A DNA stretch of 52,856 nucleotides, filler included, from Catajapyx aquilonaris (lineage: Eukaryota), in assembly GCA_000934665.2 (NCBI GenBank). It is 2 parts of 2 records of this genome, joined end to end, with 100 filler letters (N's around TTAATTAATTAA, not from the genome) between each part and the next. Parts side by side here need not be neighbours in the genome. Positions count along the whole stretch, not along the records: positions 1 to 26,393 come from KZ539308.1; positions 26,494 to 52,856 come from JYFJ02005220.1. One strand, 5' to 3'. Both the position numbers and the translations under genes were made by a program. Positions 24,201 to 35,182 of the stretch are shown here, one piece after another; position 1 is the first letter of the stretch, and each line of letters begins with the position of its first letter. The notes below the pieces were generated by a model. It was not told the DNA's origin. It was given only the letters and a program-made list of their open reading frames with translations, and did no database searches.

Positions 24201-25728
24201 TATGCACGGAAGGAAGTTGGGTATGACTTGCGTGTCATGACCAAACTTGTACAAAACTTCCGGTCTCACCCAGACATCTTGCATGTGCCAAACCTTCTGT
24301 TTTATGAATGCGAGCTAGAAGCTTGTGGTGATATGGCAGTGTCACAGTCTCTATGCGGCTGGGACATGCTCCCTACTAAAGGTTTCCCGATCATATTTCA
24401 TAATGTGATTGGTACAGATCTGCGTGAGGGTTCAAGGCCTAGCTTTTTCAACATGGAGGAGGTGATCCAAGTAGTGGAGTATGTCCAGAGAGTATTGGAA
24501 TACAGGATGTGCAAGGTGAAACCAGCAGAGATTGGGATTATCTCACCATACCGACAACAGGTGAAGAAGATTCGCACATTACTGAATAGAAAGCTGAAGA
24601 AAGAGGGAGGGAACGAGGTAACAGTGGGGACCACAGAGGAATTCCAGGGTCAAGAGAGGAAGGTAGTGATCATCTCCACTGTCAGGAGCAGCCCTGAGTT
24701 CCTGATTCAAGACACAAAGCATGCTCTCGGGTTCCTAAGCAATCCAAAGGCAAGTGTCAATGAGTAGTTCGTTAAGGCCCATTAGTTAGTAAATACAGTG
24801 AAACCTTTGAATCGCTGAATCACACAGGACCCGAAACCATTTTCATAATGGACTCGGGGTCTGCTCCGGACAGGTTTCACTGGACCATTCTACAAGGATT
24901 TAGCATTTAGTAAGGAGCACGGATTGTTTACTCTAGCAATCAGTTTAAACCCATTTATGCCTAAGGTTGAAATTTTTGAATATATTGTGTATGAAATTCA
25001 TATAGGTTACCCAGAAATATTCAAAGGAAGTGGGATATAAATTACTCGCACGTGACTGCCATTCATGCGGTACAGCAGTTTAATATAAAAGTCTCCGCCA
25101 GATCTGGGTTTTGGCGCTGGTGCCCCCCCCACAGGAATCGACTGCTGCTAGCCACCTGAATCCTAATCTGCAAACGTCCTCCGAGGAAAGAACAGTTTGC
25201 ATTGGTTCCGAAGGCGGCCAACCCAAAGTGACCCCCCAGTAGATTTCTGTGGTGGGGGGGGGGGGGGGGGGGGGGGTTTTTGAAGGATTTAAAAANGCGC
25301 AGCCGCCAAATTCCCCGCCTGGCGGAGACTTTCATATTAAACTACCGTCAACACGGGGTTAGGCTGGAAGAGACAGGGGACTGGTATTGACAGATGGTCC
25401 TTTGGAATCTTTTGCATATATGTAATAAATCAGTTTTTTTCTCTTCCATTAGCGAATGAATGTGGCTCTTACTCGAAGCAAGGCCCTTCTGATTGTGGTG
25501 GGCAATGCCAACATCCTTGGCCGTGACCCCAACTGGCGAGCATTTCTGGAGCATGTGCAGCGGAAGGGAGGATACCTTGGGGAACCTTACCAGGGGCCCA
25601 GAGCAGGCGATGTGTTGGACAACTCAGGGCAGGACTGGAACGACATGCTGAGTAAATTTGAGACCCTGGGACTGGGTCCAAGTGACAGGGAGCTCATACA
25701 AGGCCCTCAATGGAACATGCAACTTTAA
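18095..25728 (+). CDS. MOV10: MOV10-like (UPF1-family SF1) RNA helicase; exons 18095-18954, 20367-20504, 20569-20722, 21800-21951, 22546-23330 (interrupted by a SINE), 23844-24749, 25453-25728; candidate first coding exon 17091-17156
   Basis: MOV10 hallmarks NY...F.TLL.IEE.QM..DIR.FDM, GLAENRPSVLRGD, F.FNRYPLR, APYLVFGPPGTGKT, CTPSNATAD, FVDEGGQALEPE, AGDPRQLGP, NFRSHP, IISPYRQQV, EEFQGQE, NPK|RMNVALTR; intron phases are consistent. As assembled, the SINE introduces a stop at 22985-22987. Confidence 0.9.
19540..19871 (+). mobile_element. tRNA-derived SINE, family 1, full length (MOV10 intron)
   Basis: Box A TGGCATAGTGG, box B GGTTCGAATCC, Arg/Ser-like tRNA head, long (ATT)n tail, perfect 15-bp TSD AATTTTGTATAAGCA (19525-19539, 19872-19886). 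Confidence 0.93.
20805..21176. mobile_element. Degenerate pogo/Tigger-like MITE containing two perfect palindromes
   Basis: TA|CAGGTTAACAATC...GATTGTGAACTTG|TA termini. Confidence 0.55.
21211..21477 (-). mobile_element. 5'-truncated retroposon 3' end with (CAA)n tail
   Basis: 13-bp TSD AGAAGCCAATGTT (21198-21210, 21478-21490); shares GGGGTGGATTACCACCAT with SINE family 1 but has a different upstream body. Confidence 0.7.
22967..23257 (+). mobile_element. tRNA-Gly-derived SINE, family 2, full length, inserted in a MOV10 coding exon
   Basis: Head resembles tRNA-Gly(GCC) (GCATGGTGGT...GCCAAGCGGGAGGCCGGGGTTCAAATCCC); about 20-nt poly(A); perfect 16-bp TSD AGCATTGGTCTTGGAA (22951-22966, 23258-23273); second copy at 28453. 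Confidence 0.93.
25077..25343. mobile_element. MITE in the last MOV10 intron
   Basis: 25-bp near-perfect TIRs AGTTTAATATAAAAGTCTCCGCCAG / CTGGCGGAGACTTTCATATTAAACT; superfamily not determined. Confidence 0.6.
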
Positions 25729-26393
25729 AGGAGTAGCATGGGCAAGATGGAAGAGAACAATCACTGTCATTGTGTTCATATTATTCAGAACAGGTAGTTC
25801 AAGGAATAAGGCAACTTTGGAAGTTAGTGGGGACAATAGTGCATCTCTCTTTTGCAGGAGAAATTATGACCAGGGTGGTGATGATGATTCACCCTCCCTA
25901 CTACTTTCATGACTGGTATTGATAGGGTTTCTAGGGCATGTTATCAAATGATGTTTGCTGATGCATCTCAGTTTACCTGCAGGCCATGTCAAAGCAAGTA
26001 ATTGGCCCCGACATGTTCTAGGAAAACTGAAATGAACTGCCGTATTCATTGAACAACCTTATATGAGAGCAGCTGCAGATCAAGTATATACAGGGTGGTC
26101 CAACTTTTTTGTCTGAACAGCTATTGACAAATTCGGCCTAAGCTGCTTATGTTGTAGTGCGTTACCTGGCAACCCTGTCCGGCGGGCCAATTCAAACAGC
26201 GTATTCCTTAACCCTACCTCGGCTCAACTGGCGCGTCCGAATGCGCATCACCGCTCTCCCGCCGTGACGTCACAGGCGGGTGTTGGACGCGCTCTAGGAC
26301 ACGATTCAGGCAGCGGGAGCCGAACTTTTTTTTTTGCGCTAGTCCCTGCTGCTACGGGTGCTTCAGTAGAGTCACAGCTAATGAATGATGCAA

Positions 26394-26493
26394 NNNNNNN
26401 NNNNNNNNNNNNNNNNNNNNNNNNNNNNNNNNNNNNNTTAATTAATTAANNNNNNNNNNNNNNNNNNNNNNNNNNNNNNNNNNNNNNNNNNNN
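26394..26493. other. Artificial scaffold gap spacer
   Basis: Exactly 44 N + TTAATTAATTAA (stops in all six frames) + 44 N = 100 bp. Confidence 0.92.
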
Positions 26494-27021
26494 GGGGGGG
26501 GTCATAGGGGGTGGGGTCCTTTTCTGCGGCGTTTGCTGCACCTCTGAAATCCACTTTGTCCGCCACTGCATTTGAACGATGTACTGCAAGGGTGGACAAC
26601 CTTTTTTTATCCATACTCCGTGGCCCACATATATTTGTAAAAAAAATTTGAGAGGCCACATCTAACAAAATAAATTTTTCATCGTATAAAAATGTTTATA
26701 ATATTTATTATATATCCATCGTTTTAAATGAACTTCCATTAAGTTCTCAGAAAATCGATAAAATTAGCTAAATATATCAATGAAAATGGCCTCTATAAAT
26801 AAATAAAAAACAGTGTACAGTTTTGCAATTTTCATTTTTTCAAAAAATTTCAGGAATTCCGAAATTTTTGCGCGGGCCGTAGGTTGCCCATCCCTGATGT
26901 ACTGTCTACAAGTCAGTACTCGTAGACGGTACTGGTTGATCACGAAGTACCACCTCCAAGTCGGTACATGATTTAGAGTGTAGCGTCCTATGGATAGAAC
27001 ACTTTGATTAATTTTTTCTCA

Positions 27022-27243
27022 TCTATAATATTAAAATCCTTGCGGGAGTTGGCCGAGCCCTCTGATTGGTCCGCCGCATATTGTTACCGCCACCTCCCCA
27101 TTGGCCCGCGTTCTACTCATGCGCAATGGGGGTGTAAACAACTCCTGTTGGGTTGCCGGGGAAACTGTCCATTCCCCGGCGATATGGTGCGCCGAATAGG
27201 TACCCCAGGCCGCAGGCCTAGAAAAGAGCGAGCGTTTTCCTAG
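27022..27243 (+). mobile_element. Non-autonomous Helitron, family A, copy 2 (shorter)
   Basis: A|TCTATAATATTAAAATCC...TTTTCCTAG|T; first ~150 bp and 3' end nearly identical to 2721-3140. Confidence 0.85.
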
Positions 27244-27941
27244 TAAAATATTTAAAAATTTAACAAATAAATCAAACAATTTATTTGGCTTATGTCTTAT
27301 CAAAAGGCGCCACTGTGGCCAACCCTTCAACTACATTGAAAAAAAAAACCACTTGTGCTTGCAGCAATGTTGCCAATCCAGTGTTGTTATTGACAAGGGC
27401 TGGTTGCACGCGTACTACCGACTGTTCGCACCCACGTCCCCAAATGGCAAGCCGTTGTTTGTGCTACAAGCCATGATGCGTGAGTGTATGTTGAAAATGG
27501 GTGTTCATTGGTCGGCGGCACATGTGGGCAGTGAAAGGCAGCGAAATGATTCCCGCCGGCGCCTATTATTAACTTGCCAAAAACCTGATCTCCCATTTGA
27601 AAATCACGGCCCACTTGACGGACTAATAGCCACATCACTCACTTGGTACCCTCAGAGCTTGTTTCTTGCATCATATAAGGTGAGCTGCTATACCAGGTTA
27701 GGTGTGGGGGATAATAAGGAGTGGCTGTTGATGATGGTGGTGGCCATGCGGTTATGTAGAAGCAGATGGTACGACGATGGGGGAGGGTAAACGAAGTGTC
27801 GTACGAGTGATGGATCGGAGGTTGTTCCGGGGGCAAGCAGGGATTAGGGTGATGTCACAGGGGAAATCCGGGGATATAAGTCAGTTATCCGGAAAAGCTG
27901 ATGAAGAAGCATAAAACTAGTTGTAGGACAAAATTAGTCCG

Positions 27942-28439
27942 TTCAGGCCACCACACGACTATATACAAACAGGTAGCTTCGATTCAAGCCATCACACGAC
28001 TGTATACAAACAGGTAGCCTCGATTCAGGCCATCGCACGACTGTATACAAACAGGTAGCCTCGATTCAAGCCATCACACGACTGTATACGAGCAGGTAGC
28101 CTCAATTCAGCCCATCGCACGACTGTATACAAACAGGTAGCCTCGATTCAAGCAATCGCACGACTGTATACAAACAGGTAGCCTCGATTCAGGCCATCGC
28201 ACGACTGTGTACAAACAGCTAGGTAGCTTCTATTCAGGCCATCGCACGTCTGTGTACAAACAGGTAGCTTCGATTCAAGCCATCACACGACTGTATACAA
28301 ACAGGTAGCTTCGATTCAAGCCATCACACGACTGTGTACAAACAGGTAGCTTCGATTCAAGCTATCGCACGACTGTATACAAACAGGTAGCTTCGATTCA
28401 GGCCATCGAACGATTGAATACAGTCAAGTAGCCTCGATT
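27942..28439. repeat. 41-bp minisatellite, about 12 copies
   Basis: Head-to-tail unit TTCARGCCATCRCACGACTGTRTACAAACAGGTAGCYTCGA with no spacers. Confidence 0.92.
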
Positions 28440-28452
28440 AGGGGAGGCAAGG

Positions 28453-28628
28453 CAGCATTGGTGGTCTAGTGGTTACGCCACTGGCCAGCCAAGCGGGAGG
28501 CTGGGGTTCAAATCCCGTCCCCGTCACCTATATGCTGCTTGGCCGGGTCTTTTTCCGCTTTTCACCCGACATGCCGGGGCAGAATTGCACTCCCTACTCT
28601 GTCCAGGGCCAGGAGAAAAGGCCTGGTG
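28453..28628 (+). mobile_element. tRNA-Gly-derived SINE, family 2, 3'-truncated copy
   Basis: High identity to 22974-23139; tail and poly(A) absent. Confidence 0.85.
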
Positions 28629-28752
28629 CTTAAAGTATGTAAGGGGGCCTGGGAGGAGGCTACCTGCTTGGTATCACCCACTCCAACTTTTGGCTACACC
28701 CCTCAACTATAGCTCGTTTAAAAAATGTGTTCCATGCATCGTTATACAACTA

Positions 28753-29462
28753 CAATTGACTCCGAATATAACAGCCTTGGTTATAACGAACTTTCGGTTA
28801 CAACAGGCTCGAAATGTCGGTCCCGCCAGACTTACATAAGGTCCTGTGTATTCTTACTCCTGATATAACATACTCATTTTCACATCACCTCGGCTATAAA
28901 AGACCTTTTTTTTGCCGCCTCGGCGGGAAAATATGCCGTTTTTTTATTATTCAACTTCCTTTCCCATGCGTAGAAGGTAGAAAGGCAGATAATACTGAAG
29001 GGGGGTGATTTTCGCATCTGTCACTGATCTACATTACTCAAAATCATACCTTTTCTGATATATTTGGCAACAAGGAGACGCCAAAAGAAAATTACGGGTT
29101 CTTTTAGGTCCTGCCTAATTTAATGGTGGGATAATTTTGCATTTTTGTGGATAGTTTCATTAATAAATACAGTACTGCGCATTATAATAAGCCAATATGG
29201 TATATAATAACTTTGAAATTCAGACTTTGAGCGCCTCTAGCGACCAAACGGCACGGTAGATTTTTTTCGGCCTTCAGAACAATTGACACTGAGGTCAAAG
29301 TCTATTAACTGACCAAGTTTCAGCCAAATCCAACTGGGGTCACTTTTCCCATAAGATATGTCCCTTGTGTATTCATTGAAAAAGTGGCGATTTGTCTATA
29401 ACAGATCATTTAACATACTTTTTCCGCGGTCTCTTGAAGTCTGTTATATCCGGAGTCAACTG
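28753..29462. mobile_element. pogo/Tigger-like MITE
   Basis: TA|CAATTGACTCCGAATATAACAG...CTGTTATATCCGGAGTCAACTG|TA. Confidence 0.8.
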
Positions 29463-32194
29463 TATTAATAATTTTAATAGCAAAATCGATCTATGCATCT
29501 TGAACCCTCTGCGTATGCACTTCCATATAGTTTGTTATCACGATAATTCACATGCCCATGGACATTCATGTCAGGAATCATTAATTTGGACGGAGCCAAA
29601 GATTATAAACGTGGAGGGGGCTAATTTTGGCCACTTGAAACCACTCTCGGTTAATTAGGTTATCTTAATAGCTGGCCCTGGATGGCTCACCGTGTTATGG
29701 GCGTGACGTCAATATTGTTCGACGAAATTAAGCCCCATAAATCTCAGCTAGGCCCTCGTTTTTTGGTTTAAAAATATAATTTTTAGTGTGTTTTAGAGGG
29801 GGGGGGAAGTGGGTCATAGTGATAGGTATCGGGGTTATTCCGGGTGCTAGTTATAGTGGCGTGGTTATCTGAGAGGTCATTGAAATTCCGGTTTGAGTTA
29901 GTGACCCAGTCATATGTGGCCTTCATAGTGTTTATTGCCTTAGAAAATGGGAGGAATATTGACTGTGTATTAAAGCAAGTGCATGACGTATAGGGTGAGT
30001 TAAAATGATGGTCGAATTCTTGTAAAACTGCTGGATTTTAACGAATATTGAATATGACTTATGGAATATGAGGCGAATATTTTTTGCGATTTACTCTGCA
30101 CAGAATGATTTTTGTTTCGGTCCAATTCTGTCGTAATTCAAAAATTTTGAGACATAATATTCCTCTTGCAATAAAATCAATACAAATTTTAAACACAATA
30201 TGGACGGTGTTATGCAATAATGAGTCAACCCATGTCAATGTCAAAATTGGCGCCTTTCTAATATCCCGCGAATGACAATGCAGCATCACGTGTTGCGAAT
30301 GACGTAGAACACATTCACATGATATACGATAGTACAAATATCCGCAATTCTAACTGCTAGCTGATAGCATCTAAGCCTATGAGTAAGGGTTTATGGCATG
30401 CTTTACGGTCTTATATAATACTAAATAGCTATTATTCAGCCCTTCATTCCTCATTTCGCAATGGCTTTTACACATGCTATTGTTGTTGCTGCATATTAGG
30501 CGCCTTTAATGGGCAATGTTTTGCTTCCCACATGCTGCTTGCAATAATATGCTATAGACATGGTAAAATTAAATTAAGTGTTAATCTTTGTCGGTTTATT
30601 ATTCGCTGATTGACTTTCAGCAGAAATAACTTGTTCATCCCACTGCTATAGTTACTACTAACTTAGCAGTACCAGTGTTGGAACGGGTACTAATAAGTTA
30701 GCAGTATCAGGGACGAAAAGACACATCGTTTGTGATCGACAACCGTCTACAAGTAGGCAGTATTTGACGTCCAAGTTGGTACATGAATCGGGGTGCTGTA
30801 CTATTTTCAAGTCAGTACATCTAAACGATATATCATAATTATGATCCTGTCCCATCAGACACGTGCAATATAATTCTTGTCCCGAATCGTGTCCAGGAAA
30901 GGGCCTGTTTGAACCAGCCCCACCCTCTGGACTCCAATTGGGTCCCATCAGACATCCCTTTCCGCCCCACGTTGGCCCTTTCCCCCCATTGGTCTCCACC
31001 AAGCACCTCCCTCCCATCAAAAAAAAAAAAAAAAGCCTAAGCAACACCTTCCAAACATCGCAAAAAAGTGAAAGGAATATAACGTGTGTGAGTGTGTTAT
31101 GCCCCCTTCAGCACGGGGCTCTAATTTCCTTTGCTGCATGCAACGTTCTGCGAAACCCTTGGCGAAACCCCAACGGGGGGGAAAAAGATTTTCAATATGA
31201 TAACCCACAAGGGCAGCCAAAATGGCGGCCGATACTATTTTAATAACAAAAATTGATATTTAGATGTTTATATTAAATTAAATTATTATATATAAAAAAA
31301 TTTGAGTTGGCAACCCTGCAAGATGGCTGCGCCCTGTGTGACGTTATGGCTGCTCATTTCGTGGAATAAATGGATTGGGGGCAATTAATAAGTCAGTACA
31401 GGACAACAACGTGGTCAATAGACACAGGAGTACTATAAGACTAATGGGAAATGCATGATGTAGGACTATGCTTGAGTCACCCCCTTGCCTGTATGAATTT
31501 TGGCAAATATTTGACTCCGTGGTCAATTTATTGATGATCTATGCATTATTATTCAAGGTCTTACTCCTAGAGTAAGGAACAAGAAATTGATATCAAATGT
31601 TATTTATTTATTTATTTAGTTATTTATTTCATGCCCCCCCTACCATGGTCAATTTATTGATGATCTATATGTATTACAATTCAACTGCACCGGAGAGTGA
31701 AGAAAAAAAGTTGCAAAAAACACTAGAAAACTGATGGTGGTATGCCACCCCCCTATAACGGCTTACAGCTGTATCACCACGGGGTAAAATAAATTTAAAA
31801 AAATGACAATTCAAAGTCTTCCTAGAGTAAGGAACAAGAAATTGACACCAAATGTTATTTATTTATGTATTTATTTCATGCCCCCCCCCCCTCCCCCCAT
31901 GGAACGTCAGTTCCCCTTAGGGGGAGTAGGCCTATATACCTATCGATATATTTTATTTTATTTCATGCTGCGCACTGCAATTGCACCATGTTATGCAATA
32001 ATGAGTTAACCCACATGAGACCAATTTTGAGAAAAATGGCATACCCGTGAAATTAATTCAGTGTTATTTTCGGTCATTTATGTCAGAAGTATGCAGATTT
32101 TACCAGAGTGATACGATCCTTTGGGTTCCTGGGCTTAGCTCAATTTTGACATTTTTGTGGGTTAACACATTATTGCATTAACACTGTCCAATTC

Positions 32195-33170
32195 ATGTAC
32201 CGACTTGAAAGTGGTATTTTGTGATCACCAAGTACCGTCTGTTAGTATTTGATGTCCAAGTAAGTACATGAATCGGTACCGGTACATCATGATGTACCAT
32301 TTTTAAATCAGTATATCTGAACGATGGGCTGTCTACAAGTCGGTATATTCGATATTTGTTTATCACAAAATACCATCGCCGGAATCGGTACATTAATTAC
32401 AGTGCAGCCCATTGTACTGACATACAGATAGTACGTACATTATGTCAACTTCGATGTCAAATACGGTCTGAAGTACTGACTTGTATACGCTATTTGTTGA
32501 TCACAAAATACCTCCTCCAAGTCGGTACATGAATCAGTACCCTACATGAATAACTGTGTGGAAGTGTTCCAGTGTACCTTAGGGAAAATGCAGAGAGATG
32601 TACTGTCTTAACCATAATTAAGAAGAGGTTCTTATGCGATTTGCACGCGAGTTTCTTGGCGAATATCCTGCTACATGAACCGCTATTAATGCATTCTGTT
32701 CTCTGACCGGAGCGGAAAAACTGCAACAAAAGCATTAATTCATAGACTACCAATATATTGTTGTAGAAAAACGTTATGTATAGTACAACCTCGGTAATAT
32801 ATAAAACATTAGCGCAAAACATATAGCCTAATCACTCCATCACTGTAATTCAGGTACTGATTCTGGTGGTATTTTGTGATCAATACCGTCTACGGTACTG
32901 ACTTGTAGACGGCACATTATCCATACGTATACTGACTTGAAAATAGTAGGCTATATCACAACGTACAGTTTCATGTATCGATTTGGACGTCATCAGATAC
33001 CTTCTATATACAGTACTGACTAATCTTGTAGACAGTATTTGTTGCTCACAAAATACCACGTCCAAGTCGCTACATGAATGGTTCTCAACGTCAAATACTG
33101 TCTACAGTACTGTCTAGACGGTACAATCACAAAATACTACCTCCAAGTCGGTACATGAGTCGGTACATGA
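32195..33170. repeat. Dispersed modular repeat (CCAAGTCGGTACATGA / TACAAGTCAGTAC modules) in both orientations
   Basis: Multiple copies here and related copies near 26899-26970 and 30730-30830; probably a decayed DNA transposon. Confidence 0.55.
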
Positions 33171-33294
33171 ATAATTACAGTATAATTCATTGAAAATTGG
33201 TTCGCAACTTCTTCATTTTAAAAAATCCATCATTTTTATTGCACGCTTTATATTAGCTTCACCGTCACGGATGTGTCGTGAGTGCGCCTGCAAC

Positions 33295-33470
33295 AAGTTC
33301 GCAACTTTCACACCATCTACAGTAGCGGTAGGTAGGCTAGTCACGTTAGGGGGTGAGTTCGCAACTTCCACACCATCTAGCTGTAGGTAGTCACGCTGGG
33401 GGTGAGTTCGCAACTTCCACACCATCTAACGGGAGGTAGTAACGTGAATGGGTAAGTTCGCAACCTCCAA
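33295..33470. repeat. Four imperfect direct repeats (AGTTCGCAACTTCCACACCATCTA), period about 50-60 bp
   Basis: Visible directly; the intervening segments are themselves related (AGGTAG..ACG..GGG). Confidence 0.75.
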
Positions 33471-33719
33471 GCCAGACGAAGGAGTGAGAGGCTTTCAGAA
33501 TCGAGTTCGCTACCTCATAAAGTGTGTTCTTTACAATGTTTTTTTTTTTTAAATTACAGAATTATCACCAATACCTTCGAAATTTAAACATTCTGTACAC
33601 TGTACATTTGTGGTAGCCATACCAATTTTTATGTATTTTCCCTGTAGTCTATTATTAAATAATAATGTTTTCTCCATTATTCAAAAAATTTACCGTCTGT
33701 TCATATTGTTGTCTTTTTC

Positions 33720-33935
33720 ATACGGTCCTTCATATAATTTTGGTCCTTCGTGTGGTCCTTTGTCTGGTCCTTCGTGTGGTCTTTTGTATGGTCCTACGTG
33801 TGGTCTTTTGTATGGTCCTACGTGTGGTCTTTTGTATGGTCCTTCATATAATTATGGTCCTTCGTGTGGTCCTTGTATGGTCCTCCATATAATTATGGTT
33901 CTTCATATACGGTCTTTCATTCGGTCTTTCATATA
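33720..33935. repeat. Degenerate 12/24-bp tandem repeat (TGGTCCTTCGTGTGGTCTTTTGTA)
   Basis: Visible tandem periodicity. Confidence 0.8.
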
Positions 33936-35182
33936 TGGATATGGGCAACCCTTCCTTCACATTTCTAACCCTGCTGTGTTATAGCATGCTGATTGAAAGA
34001 CAGGTACGTCTTGCTTGTTGGTTTACCACATTCATCACTATCTCACTTTTCTGCCAACATAATTCCTCAAGCTGTTGTCTGGTCTGATGAGAGCCTCTCG
34101 TTTACCCTTTAATCTGTTAGATGCATCTTGGTACCTACACGGTTTTCTGATGTACATGCATCATCCTTCTGGGCATCACCAACCACCAGTTGGCGTGAAC
34201 GTGAACAGTTGACAGTGGGACGAAAGGCATCGCATGGGGGCCGCTTAATGAGGCTAATTGAAAAGCGAAAGAACACCCTAGTTTGCGGGCTTGAGGAACT
34301 AATTGCAGGTTGCGGGATTGACGAGATAGAGATGCGTGCCGTGGTTCGGTGGGAACTCGGCCTGAGAGCAGCTGCTAGCCCATACACGTATACATATCAT
34401 ATGTATATAAGGGATATGTGTGCGGGGGCAAGCCGGATTGATGCTTATCTAGACTGCAATTGAGTGAATTAGATGCGTAACGGCAGGTCTGGAGGGCGCG
34501 ATGGGGGCAGGCCAGACAAGGCCTGGAATTTGGGTTCTCGTTTGGTGGTCACGTCAACGGTTGCTCTAGGCGGATCTGATATGACGTGTCGCCACACATG
34601 CGTGATGTGTGATGCTGCGGGTCTACTGGCGGAATTACAAGCTGCTCAACATTTTTTTAACTATTAAAAAAAATTATTAGTGGCGCAATGTGGCCAGAAT
34701 TTGACCGAATATATTTGTGGCCAATCAGTGACACCCAGCAACTAGCCCTATGGTGACACCTATGAATTTTAATTATTAAAAAATTACTTAATCATTTGCC
34801 CTAATTTATAATAAAATAATGTAATAGCGCGATATCCGGGCTTAATTTTTAAATTTAAATAATCCGCCAACGATACCTAGCGCCTCTGTCGGCCAAGTGG
34901 TACAAACGTTCAGTGGCGCCAGATGTCTCACAAGAAGCATCGTTTATACATCATCTTGGTTTCGGGAGCCTGGTGCGCGGCAGGCATTGCTTTGGCTTGT
35001 TCTGCTGCAGGGGGCGGCCCAGGGGCAGGACTAGGGGCCTGCAGCTACACGGTGTGTGCTGTGCTTGTGCCTTGTGGTGAGAGCAGGTATGTTGCTGTTT
35101 CTGTTGTAGAGTCTGTACGGCCAGTGCACTGAACGACATCTCTCCTTTTCCAGAAGTGGTCCGTCGAGGAGTGAACAAGAGG

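Noticed and set aside
26091..26896. Single hAT MITE spanning the gap
   Set aside because: TIR match is weak, there is no TSD, and the two ends lie on different sides of an artificial spacer.
27353..27790. 145-aa plus-strand ORF
   Set aside because: No recognisable motifs or supporting splice structure.
27942..28439. CRISPR-like array
   Set aside because: Units are head-to-tail with no unique spacers, there are no cas genes, and the context is eukaryotic.
28455..28526. tRNA-Gly gene (also tRNA-like heads at 22974 and 19540)
   Set aside because: Acceptor and anticodon stems pair poorly, and each head continues into a shared SINE body.
33295..33470. Repeat-spacer pattern resembling CRISPR
   Set aside because: The intervening sequences are homologous to each other and of variable length; this is a degenerate tandem repeat.
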